This document shows positions 1 through 8,738 of a stretch of DNA of 62,490 bases, one piece after another. The notes below the pieces were generated by a model that was given only the letters and a program-made list of their open reading frames with translations, did no database searches and was not told the origin of the DNA. A program made the translations under genes and the position numbers. The first letter of the stretch is position 1; the number at the start of each line of letters is the position of its first letter. This DNA comes from Desulfobacterales bacterium (lineage in GTDB: Bacteria; Desulfobacterota; Desulfobacteria; Desulfobacterales; UBA5616): NCBI GenBank assembly GCA_046483495.1, contig JAWODC010000054.1, positions 1 to 62,490 of the forward strand, in the 5' to 3' direction.

Positions 1-145
1 GCCACCTGCACCGGTGCAACCCGCTATCCAGTTATTTTTTTGAGATTATCTTTTTGTCTCCCGGACAATATCGCCCCCCGTACCCTGTTTATATTCAAGA
101 CGAGTGGAAGCAAATGTTTAAATATTGAGAACGTCCCCCTTTTTT

Positions 146-280
146 TTACGGACCGCACAAAAAGACCCGGAAAAATACTCGGAGGTGATCGTCCGAGTGG
201 CGGGGTACAGCGCCCATTTCGTGGACATCAGCCGAAAAACACAGGACAACATTTTCCAGCGGACCGTTCAGGGGATTTGA
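146..280 (+). pseudogene. 3' remnant of a glycyl radical enzyme (alkylsuccinate synthase AssA/MasD-like C-terminus)
   Basis: Manual translation LRTAQKDPEKYSEVIVRVAGYSAHFVDISRKTQDNIFQRTVQGI* contains the glycyl-radical motif RVAGY; in-frame TAA at 119-121 means the rest of the gene is absent. Not in the ORF track. Confidence 0.85.
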
Positions 281-309
281 GAGGGAAGCGAACGGTGATA
301 AAATGTATA

Positions 310-603
310 CTATTCAGAAAATTTAAAGTTTCTATGGGCTTTATCTTTGGATACATTTTCCAATGTAGGAGGACCACCTCCATGCAAATGACTCTTAGGA
401 AAAATTCTAACCCAATAACGTCCGTCGTTAGGGTCAACATAAAGAGTTTCCCAAGCACCATATTTTTTGCTAACTCCTACTTCTTTAAGTTTATTTCTAA
501 TTAGCCATTCTATTCTTTTGCTTGTGTCATCACCCTTTATTTCATTACCATCGGCAACCCAATTCCCTTCAATTTTTATCTCATTGAATTTAATATTCTT
601 CAT
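310..603 (-). CDS. Immunity protein, Imm27-like
   Basis: 97 aa, overlaps the toxin stop codon by 4 nt; WETLYVDPNDGRYW...HGGGPP motif. Confidence 0.8.
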   Translation of the reverse strand: MKNIKFNEIKIEGNWVADGNEIKGDDTSKRIEWLIRNKLKEVGVSKKYGAWETLYVDPNDGRYWVRIFPKSHLHGGGPPTLENVSKDKAHRNFKFSE

Positions 604-3600
604 TTGATAACCTCTATAATTGAATCCTTGGGAATCGCCTGATTAGGCAAAACGAATTCTCTTACCCCCCCTCCTGTACGCCCTCCGCCAACAAAACCTG
701 GATTATAACGGTTTATTGGCGACGCCAATCCCGTTTGAGGTGTTTTAAACTTTATTACCGTAAAACTTTCACTTTCAGGAATCGTTAGCTTTTTAGAAAT
801 CTGAGTTGCGTCTAATCCTTTAATATCATCTGCAGCGGTAACGAAAACATCTTCTGCTTTAGGATTCCCCAGGGTTGGGAAAGGCCCCTTACCAGATATA
901 ACTCTGGCTAATTCATCAGGAACTTCATTAGATGAGATATTTGCTACATTTTTAGCATGACCGGAAGTTTCCTTTAGTACATCATCAACTTTAGAAATAT
1001 TTTTACCAGCCTTGATCCAATCTCCAACTGCGGCCCAACTTAAGGCTGCGACACCTAAACCCTCCCAGGCTTTTAAACTCTTGGGTGAATGCCAAATTCC
1101 ACGGATAGCGGCAGAAGTATCCCTGGCATCCGATATCCATCCAAGGGGGGTGAGCCCAATGGCAATATTACCTGCAATTCCTCCCCAAGTAGTCCCCGAT
1201 GTGTTGTAGTCGCCATAGAAAACCTCCTGGAAAAATTCATGGCCTGTCGAGTCTACATATTTAAGCGGATTATTCCGACAGTAGGCATACCTGTTCAGAC
1301 TCTGAGGATCATACCAGCTTGGGATGTGAGTATCTGCCGAGATAAATCGCCCGATAATCGGATCATACATCCTGGCATTATAATTGTAAAGTCCCGTGGA
1401 CTTGTCGAATTCCTGGTCAGTGTATTTATATCTATTTTTTCCGATTTTGCCTTTTCTGATATCTCCATAGGGCCGATATTCTGCAGATTCTTTTTCTATG
1501 ATCTCACCTGCGGAGTTTGTCATCAGAATAGAACTACCTATATGATCTTTATGAAAAAACCTGGTCGAATTATTGGAAACTTCCGCCACCCTTAAATTAC
1601 CGGCATAAATGTATTTCGTTTCGATTCCATTGTTAACTTCGAAATATTTACCATAATAATAGGTATGATCTGAATTATGGGACTTTTTAATCCTATTATC
1701 CATACCATCATAGTGGAAATTAGTCTCACCATCGGTGGAGTGCCGAACCATTGCCGTCATATTATTAGGGTAAAAGGATAGTGTCCTTGATGCCACTGCT
1801 CCATTAGAAAAATCCGGACCTGAGATCATGTTACCTCTTCGGTCGTAATCATATTCATAAAACCCGGCATGAGGTGTTTTTCCGCTAACGGCAATAGTTT
1901 CAAGGGCATGGGGATACGGAAAGGCCGTACCATAATCATATGTATAAATATCAGATCCGATCACTTTTTCAGTTATATTTCCTACAGCGTCATAAGTATA
2001 GAATATATCCGGATTTACTCCGGATGATTGCTCCGATTTCAGTCGATGAAGTCCATCGTAGGTAAAGTGGTAGGTAATCTTTTTAAGTTTATCAATTATC
2101 GATGTAATATCGCCTGCTTTACTATATCTATAGCATTTTTCTTGAATTACATCGGTCCCCTTCAGGCGAGTAGATGTTAACTTTATTAGTCTGGAAGTGT
2201 TTTGATCGTATGTGAAGGTGGTAGCTGTTCCATTTGGATGCGATATAAAACCAATTTTACCAAAAGGGGTGTAGTCTGAAAGCGTCGCGAAGGTTATGCC
2301 ATCAGGATCCTTCACCATATGCAGCAAATTGCTTCCTTTATAATAGTGGTATTCAATAGAAAATGTGTTAGCATCAGGATACCTTAGTTCTATTAATTTA
2401 CCCGAAAGATCATATTCGTAAGAAGTTGTTCTAACCTGCGAATCACCTTCTAAAATAGCTTTCCTTTCAGAAATCATCTGATTCATTTCATCGTAGCTAA
2501 AGTAAATTTCTGTAGCAATTCGAATCGGCAAAAAAATTTCCTGAGGACCAGCTTCGGTTAAGAGGTTTCCATTGGCATCATAAGTGTAATGCCAATCTCC
2601 TATATCCGGATCGGACATAAATATTTTTCTGCCGAGCGAATCGTAACTAAATTCCGTCCAGATATTCAAGGGCGCTTCGATACGCTCAAGGTCATCGGCT
2701 GCATTATAATAATAACGCGTCGTATGACCGCCTTCTTCGGAAATTGCTTTGATCCGGCCTAAATAGTCTTTTGTTTCAATTGTTCTATTTCCATCAGGAT
2801 CTGTTTTAGTTGTGGATAGGCCCTTATATGACAAAACTGTAGATATACCGCTTGTTGTACCATCCGATTTTATTATTTTTACAGGCCTTCCTCTTTTATC
2901 GTACACATTGAGGACGTAGGCAGCGTTGGAAGGGAATCTTTGTTCGAAACCCATTCCCCAACCAAAAAATGGGCCTTCTTGCTTATAAACCCTTCCCATT
3001 TTATCATAATATGTTCCGGTTACAATCGACTTGGCATTTTCCCCCTTCTTAATTGATTCTATCTTTCTATTTAATCCGTCATAATATTCAGTTGTGATGA
3101 TTGTTTCCAATGCATTTTTTGCTACCTCCGTTTTTTCACGCCTCGGGATTTCCGAATCAAAGTAAGTCCTCTTTTTCCAACCCGAATCGGGATAATCAAT
3201 TCGAATAAGTCGTCCAAAAGAATCGTAGGTAAATTCAATCGAATTCCGTCTCTCATCAGTTATGGTTGCTAACTTTCCAAACTCGTAATTGGGTGTGTAA
3301 TGAATAACATGTGTTTTTCCGTCATTCGTCATGGGATATACTATTTGAGTCAGGTAAGTGTTTATCAACGGATCGTAGACATACGATATTTGATTTCCCA
3401 TTGCATCGGTTTTGCTGATCAGGTTGCCGTAATTGTCATACTCCATCTTTATGACCGGATCACCGCCGGTATCCAGCCATGGAATTTTGGAAATCATATT
3501 TCCATGTTTGTCGTAGGTATATTCCGTTTGTCTAAGAATTTTACCCGAACTATTTTGAAGAGTTCGGCATTTAAGCCGCCATATCCAGGAACCTTTGTTT

Positions 3601-6104
3601 ATGTAGTTGTAACTCTTAATAATGTTACCTGCATTCGTGCCCTTGCTAATAGTTCTGATTTTCTTCCCATTTCGTTCGTCATACGTATAATCCGTTTGGT
3701 TGTAAGCGGTCACTACACCTGAGTCATAAAACTCTGTGTGTTTTCGAGAAAGCTTAACAAATGCCCAAGGACATAAATCATGATCACTGCACGCGACATC
3801 CCACGTCATGGTTGTTTTAAACAGCGTATCACCTGCAACCGCTTCTTTGGTCTCGATACTTTTTAATTTGTTTCGAAGAAATTTGCTGGATTTAGGAGAC
3901 ATATGATAGGCACGAAGCTCGACGCTTTTATCAGGATTTTGCTTTGTGATGTTTTCAAAACCCCAAAATTGCCTGTCGTAGTAGTCGTAAAACGCACCCC
4001 TATAGGTGTATGTTTTCTCGACATCGTGATTCCCAATTCCATCATTTATAACTAATTTTTTAACAGTGTATACGACAAAGGGAAGATTATGGTTCGGCCA
4101 TGAACTGGATGGTTCATAAATCAAATCCAATGATCCACCAACCCCATTATCTATGCGGGTCAGAAGATCGGGAGAGTTCCCCTGGGAAATGGAAACGTAT
4201 AGATCTCCATGATAGCTTCTTAGTAAATCCAAATGACCATCACCGTTAAAATCAGCTAAACATAACTTCCCTCCTGATCTATCTAGCTGAGAATGTTTTT
4301 TTTCCCCAAAAGTCCCATCACCATTCGATAGATAGGTATAAATGTCGAAATAACTTTTTTTTATATGATCAGCGCGCCCGTCTCCATTTACATCTCCAAG
4401 GAAATTAAATGCTTTAGAATTATAAAAATTTCTATTTATTTTTTCTTCAGCAAATTTGCCATTGCCTTTAGAAAGATATGTATATGTCTTTCCTGCGGCG
4501 CACCTTACAACATCGTCGAAACCGTCTCCATTTACATCTCCACATTTCAGTTCACCCGAATAATAAATTCTTGTCTGCTTTTGGGTTTTAAAAGTCCCAT
4601 CCCCGTTTGAAATATATGCATATAAATTAGAATGTGAGTAGATAATCAAATCTGCACAACCATCACCGTTTAAATCGGCAAATTGTGCGATTCCACTGTG
4701 ATAGCCCAAATCTGATCGATGTTGTTTTCCAAACCCACCATTGCCATCCGACAAAAGAACAGTCCATAAACCGTTATACCCGGACCTTACATAATCTGCA
4801 CAGCCGTCTCCATTGACATCGGCAAGGTAGAGTTTGCCGCTGAAGTCCGTTATGTTAATCTTTGTAGCTTTTGTTCGGTAGGTACCGTTCCCATTAGAAA
4901 AGGATATAAATCCATTGGAATATCGATGGTAAAAAATATCACATCTGCCATCGCCATTCATGTCGGCAAGATGATAACTTCTGTAATATGAACCACTAGG
5001 GAACTTTTTAGCATGAGCGAATGAACCATCACTGTTTGAAAAAAAGGTATATACTTTTCTATTATGGATTTTTACAATATCTGTTCTGCCATCTCCGTTA
5101 AAATCACCAAGATAGTTTTTTGAACTCATGCCGGTCGGGGTGATGACAGGAGTGCCAAAATGACCTGTTCCGCCTTCCAGGTATTTAAATTTTATAGCAG
5201 GCAGCGTACTGATGACGTCTGATCCATATTGTTCTATACGGTTAAGACGCGAACAACCGCTCGAATCTCCTCGCTCGTAATCCAATGAATATTTCCTTGA
5301 TAGTTGGTCGTTGTACCCATAAATCAAAATCTCTTTTAGTATCCAATCCGTCATTACCTTAAATTTCGTGTCATACATAGGAGGCGAATCGGCAATATGA
5401 CGACCTTTATCATAATTAAATTTTATTCGATTGCCTGAATATTTGATTTCCTTAGGATAGATTTGTCCCTTATCTTTGTTGTAAGTGATTTCCATAAAGT
5501 TGCCGTTTGTATCCTCTATTCGATCGAGGCACCATTTAAATATTCGATTATAATTATCCGGATCGTCTTGCCTCGACTTTCGGGAATAGCCATATCGATA
5601 AATCGTGCCGTCCGGAGTATTTGCCTGCCAATAATTCAAGGAGCGATTATAAGTGTACTTTATAAATCTGCCTTCTATTTCAGAGCCGAAGTAGTTTGCG
5701 CCCCAATCCGGCCTGGGAATAAGTTGCATTGAACCATTTACTAAAAAGGATTCATCTTCTCTGACATATGATACACTCTTCTTTTTAGATCGTTCTATTG
5801 AACCTAATTTCAGCGACCAACCTTTTCCTGAAATTCCGTTACCGACCTGGCTGTTATAAACCAAACTCAAATCCGGAACGGCTTTACCGCCTGCACCAGG
5901 AAGGCAAGGGATAGGAATTTTATAAGAAGCAGCTCCGTAATTTGAAATATTATCCTTATCAATATGGATCGTCTTGAAGTTGGGGGCAAAATCCGGGGGT
6001 ACGATTTCATCTTCACCATAAGCCAATTTTAGGTATACATTTGATGAGATAAGGATAACCGCGAAAAAAAGGAATATGAATTGCCTATTTATCTGATTTT
6101 TCAT
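600..6104 (-). CDS. Secreted RHS/YD-repeat polymorphic toxin (SpvB-like N-terminus, FG-GAP repeats, RHS core, Ntox10-like C-terminal toxin)
   Basis: Signal peptide after ATG 6104 (AGGAG upstream); repeated D(F/V/M)NGDG..D motifs; YD repeats; core end PQSLNRYAYCRNNPLKYVDSTG; tip ...DVFVTAADDI...GFVGGGRTGGGVREFV. Confidence 0.92.
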   Translation of the reverse strand: MKNQINRQFIFLFFAVILISSNVYLKLAYGEDEIVPPDFAPNFKTIHIDKDNISNYGAASYKIPIPCLPGAGGKAVPDLSLVYNSQVGNGISGKGWSLKLGSIERSKKKSVSYVREDESFLVNGSMQLIPRPDWGANYFGSEIEGRFIKYTYNRSLNYWQANTPDGTIYRYGYSRKSRQDDPDNYNRIFKWCLDRIEDTNGNFMEITYNKDKGQIYPKEIKYSGNRIKFNYDKGRHIADSPPMYDTKFKVMTDWILKEILIYGYNDQLSRKYSLDYERGDSSGCSRLNRIEQYGSDVISTLPAIKFKYLEGGTGHFGTPVITPTGMSSKNYLGDFNGDGRTDIVKIHNRKVYTFFSNSDGSFAHAKKFPSGSYYRSYHLADMNGDGRCDIFYHRYSNGFISFSNGNGTYRTKATKINITDFSGKLYLADVNGDGCADYVRSGYNGLWTVLLSDGNGGFGKQHRSDLGYHSGIAQFADLNGDGCADLIIYSHSNLYAYISNGDGTFKTQKQTRIYYSGELKCGDVNGDGFDDVVRCAAGKTYTYLSKGNGKFAEEKINRNFYNSKAFNFLGDVNGDGRADHIKKSYFDIYTYLSNGDGTFGEKKHSQLDRSGGKLCLADFNGDGHLDLLRSYHGDLYVSISQGNSPDLLTRIDNGVGGSLDLIYEPSSSWPNHNLPFVVYTVKKLVINDGIGNHDVEKTYTYRGAFYDYYDRQFWGFENITKQNPDKSVELRAYHMSPKSSKFLRNKLKSIETKEAVAGDTLFKTTMTWDVACSDHDLCPWAFVKLSRKHTEFYDSGVVTAYNQTDYTYDERNGKKIRTISKGTNAGNIIKSYNYINKGSWIWRLKCRTLQNSSGKILRQTEYTYDKHGNMISKIPWLDTGGDPVIKMEYDNYGNLISKTDAMGNQISYVYDPLINTYLTQIVYPMTNDGKTHVIHYTPNYEFGKLATITDERRNSIEFTYDSFGRLIRIDYPDSGWKKRTYFDSEIPRREKTEVAKNALETIITTEYYDGLNRKIESIKKGENAKSIVTGTYYDKMGRVYKQEGPFFGWGMGFEQRFPSNAAYVLNVYDKRGRPVKIIKSDGTTSGISTVLSYKGLSTTKTDPDGNRTIETKDYLGRIKAISEEGGHTTRYYYNAADDLERIEAPLNIWTEFSYDSLGRKIFMSDPDIGDWHYTYDANGNLLTEAGPQEIFLPIRIATEIYFSYDEMNQMISERKAILEGDSQVRTTSYEYDLSGKLIELRYPDANTFSIEYHYYKGSNLLHMVKDPDGITFATLSDYTPFGKIGFISHPNGTATTFTYDQNTSRLIKLTSTRLKGTDVIQEKCYRYSKAGDITSIIDKLKKITYHFTYDGLHRLKSEQSSGVNPDIFYTYDAVGNITEKVIGSDIYTYDYGTAFPYPHALETIAVSGKTPHAGFYEYDYDRRGNMISGPDFSNGAVASRTLSFYPNNMTAMVRHSTDGETNFHYDGMDNRIKKSHNSDHTYYYGKYFEVNNGIETKYIYAGNLRVAEVSNNSTRFFHKDHIGSSILMTNSAGEIIEKESAEYRPYGDIRKGKIGKNRYKYTDQEFDKSTGLYNYNARMYDPIIGRFISADTHIPSWYDPQSLNRYAYCRNNPLKYVDSTGHEFFQEVFYGDYNTSGTTWGGIAGNIAIGLTPLGWISDARDTSAAIRGIWHSPKSLKAWEGLGVAALSWAAVGDWIKAGKNISKVDDVLKETSGHAKNVANISSNEVPDELARVISGKGPFPTLGNPKAEDVFVTAADDIKGLDATQISKKLTIPESESFTVIKFKTPQTGLASPINRYNPGFVGGGRTGGGVREFVLPNQAIPKDSIIEVIK

Positions 6105-6219
6105 TTTTATCTCCTTGGAATGATTGATGAAACGGAGTAAGTGTAGAATTGATGTACGCATCGAAAATTAGACCGAAAAACTGTTGTGTTTTCTAGCACC
6201 AGTTTTTGAACGATTACCT

Positions 6220-6936
6220 TTACTTAGGTTGACAGGGTTCTGTTATTACGGAGGTTAAGTTTCCCGATTCATCATAGGAATAGTATACAACTGTACCATC
6301 GGGGTAATGCTTTTCTGTTCTCCGATTAAGGCAGTCATAGAGATAAAATATTTTGCCTGTATTTTTTTCACCCGCAATTCCACTTTGCTCACCATTACCT
6401 TTGCCGTTCTGATCCTGTTGATTCGAATCTTTTTTTCCGTCGACGTTCGATGTGTCATTAGTGTCTGTATTATCTTCATTATTTACGCTTTCGGTAGAGT
6501 TGTTATTTTTATTTTTGTTGGTTTCTTTCTCGGTGTGACTATTTTCCTCGAGTTTTTCTTTTGTATTTATATCCGATGTATCATTGCTTATATTGGTCTT
6601 CTCATCCTGATTTTCCTCACTTGATACCTCTTGGCTTTCAGATGGAACTACAAGACGATAAAATTTTCCGGAGGCCAGAATTTGATCGCTTCCTGACTCA
6701 AGATTGGACGAAAGCTCTTTTCTATTATCGGCCATACTTCTAAATTGATTCTTATTGAATTTATCCACATTTTCAGTTGATCCAAGTGTTTTTAGTTCTA
6801 CGGCGCCAAAGGTACAGTTGTACCCCAAAGCCGGCGAATTGTTTAATGCAGCAGCAAAGCCAATTCCCTGAAATTGAGCTAGAACAAGAGACATTAAAAT
6901 GAAATACGGAATTAAAAAAAAGCGACAAGAAACCAT
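6220..6936 (-). CDS. Secreted protein with low-complexity N/T/E/K linker and C-terminal YD repeats
   Basis: Hydrophobic N-terminus; C-terminal YLYDCLNRRTEKHYPDGTVVYYSYDESGNLTSV. Confidence 0.75.
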   Translation of the reverse strand: MVSCRFFLIPYFILMSLVLAQFQGIGFAAALNNSPALGYNCTFGAVELKTLGSTENVDKFNKNQFRSMADNRKELSSNLESGSDQILASGKFYRLVVPSESQEVSSEENQDEKTNISNDTSDINTKEKLEENSHTEKETNKNKNNNSTESVNNEDNTDTNDTSNVDGKKDSNQQDQNGKGNGEQSGIAGEKNTGKIFYLYDCLNRRTEKHYPDGTVVYYSYDESGNLTSVITEPCQPK

Positions 6937-7381
6937 GAATGATTCTCCTTTGATAAAATTAGAGTTGCTTTTTTCAAATTGTTGAATATTCAGGTATTAT
7001 AAGAAAACAACTTTACTATATTTCTATAAGTAACTTATTGTCAATTATTTATTTGTATTTTTAGCGTTTAATTCGATTAAAAGTAGCTATTATAAACTAT
7101 TTTAGTAAATAATCTATATAAAATAGATAATTATATTTTATTGAAATCCTTAAACGATTTTTCAAAACTTTTGCCTTCAATCAATCGAGTCCTCATTTAC
7201 TTGCATAGGGTAATTGAGACTTATGTAGTCTGTTACTGTTGATCCCTCCCCAATTCGGGTAACCACCCCCCCAAATCAGTGTTTACAACCATTCCCTTTC
7301 ACCCTAAACCATCGTATTATGAAGTGCCCGGCACAGCCGGGACACATAAACGATCACCAAAACCGGGGAAAACATGACATC

Positions 7382-8050
7382 ATGAAGGCAAAAAATCGTT
7401 TCAGGAATCGAACGGATGCAGGGGTCAAACTGGCCGAAAAGCTTGCCGCATACAAAGGGCAAAAGAACCTTCTGGTCCTTGCCTTGCCGCGCGGCGGGGT
7501 GCCCGTGGGATATGAGGTGGCGAATTTTCTGGATGCGCCTTTTGACATTTTTCTGGTCAGGAAACTCGGGGTGCCCGGCCAGGAGGAATTGGCCATGGGC
7601 GCCATCGCTTCGGGAGGCATCCGCATTTTGAACGAGGACATCATTCGAATGGCCCAGATACCCGTGCAGGACATCGAAGCCGAAACCCGCAAAGAAGAAC
7701 AGGAGCTTCAGCGGCGGGAACGGGAATACCGGGGCGACCGGCCCATGCCCGAACTGGAGGGCCGCAGGATCATCCTGGTGGATGACGGGCTTGCGACCGG
7801 GGCCAGCATGAAGGCGGCCGTAGCCGCACTGCGGGACCGGAACGTTGCCGAAATCATCGTCGCCGTTCCCACGGCCTCTCCGGACACCTGCTCGGAATTC
7901 GAGGCAATGGTGGATCAGGTGATTTGTGCCCGGACCCCGGAGCCGTTCGGCGGTGTGGGCGCCTGGTACGAGGATTTTTCCCAGACCACCGATGACGAAG
8001 TCCGAAAATACATGCAGTTGGCCGAAGAAAATCTGCCCACCCCATCTTAG
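7382..8050 (+). CDS. Putative phosphoribosyltransferase
   Basis: LALPRGGVP, VRKLGVPGQEELAMGA and PRPP-binding ILVDDGLATG. Confidence 0.9.
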   Translation: MKAKNRFRNRTDAGVKLAEKLAAYKGQKNLLVLALPRGGVPVGYEVANFLDAPFDIFLVRKLGVPGQEELAMGAIASGGIRILNEDIIRMAQIPVQDIEAETRKEEQELQRREREYRGDRPMPELEGRRIILVDDGLATGASMKAAVAALRDRNVAEIIVAVPTASPDTCSEFEAMVDQVICARTPEPFGGVGAWYEDFSQTTDDEVRKYMQLAEENLPTPS

Positions 8051-8060
8051 GAGAAACGCG

Positions 8061-8723
8061 ATGCCGACATCGGAGCGTGCCGTTCACATCCCTACCGTAT
8101 CGGACCCGCTCGAGGGAAATCTGGCAATTCCCGAGGGCGCTGAAGGTATCGTTGTATTCGCCCATGGAAGCGGCGGCAGCCGGCACAGCCCCAGGAACCG
8201 GTCTCTGGCGAATGAACTGCAAAACGGGGGAATAGCAACCCTTTTGATGGATCTTCTCACAGAAGAAGAGGAAGCCCAGGACAAGCGGAAGGGACAGTTC
8301 AGATTCAACATCGATTTGCTTGCTCAACGGGTCATCGAAGCCGTGGACTGGCTTTGGGACCAGGAAGACACGCACTCGCTCAACATCGGGGCCTTCGGCT
8401 CCAGTACCGGCGCTGCGGCGGCGCTCATTGCGGCGGCCAACCGCCCCAATGAAATCAGGGCGGTGGTTTCCCGGGGCGGCAGACCCGACCTGGCAAGAGG
8501 CGCCCTTTCGATGATCACATCCCCTACCCTGATGATCGTTGGAGAAAAGGATGAGTCCGTCCTTCAAGTGAACCAGAAAGCTGCGGCCCGGATGACGGCG
8601 AAAGTGGCTGTCGAAATCATTCCGGGCGCCACATACCGGTTTCAGGAACCCGGGGCGATGGAAAAAACGGCCCGGCTTGCCTATCAGTGGTTCCGGCGAT
8701 TCCTTTTCGAGAAAGCATCCTGA
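8061..8723 (+). CDS. Dienelactone hydrolase-family alpha/beta hydrolase
   Basis: FAHGSGGSRHSPRN, FGSSTGAAAAL, VSRGGRPDL; AGGAG RBS before ATG 8061. Confidence 0.85.
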   Translation: MPTSERAVHIPTVSDPLEGNLAIPEGAEGIVVFAHGSGGSRHSPRNRSLANELQNGGIATLLMDLLTEEEEAQDKRKGQFRFNIDLLAQRVIEAVDWLWDQEDTHSLNIGAFGSSTGAAAALIAAANRPNEIRAVVSRGGRPDLARGALSMITSPTLMIVGEKDESVLQVNQKAAARMTAKVAVEIIPGATYRFQEPGAMEKTARLAYQWFRRFLFEKAS

Positions 8724-8738
8724 ACAGGAGCATCGAAA

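Noticed and set aside
40..504. 154-aa plus-strand ORF and 77-aa minus-strand ORF (228-461)
   Set aside because: Off-frame or antisense to the glycyl-radical remnant and the immunity gene; no motifs.
4200..5120. Recurrent CCATCACCGTT-like DNA repeats as a possible CRISPR array
   Set aside because: They encode the FG-GAP DxNGDG protein repeats inside the toxin ORF.
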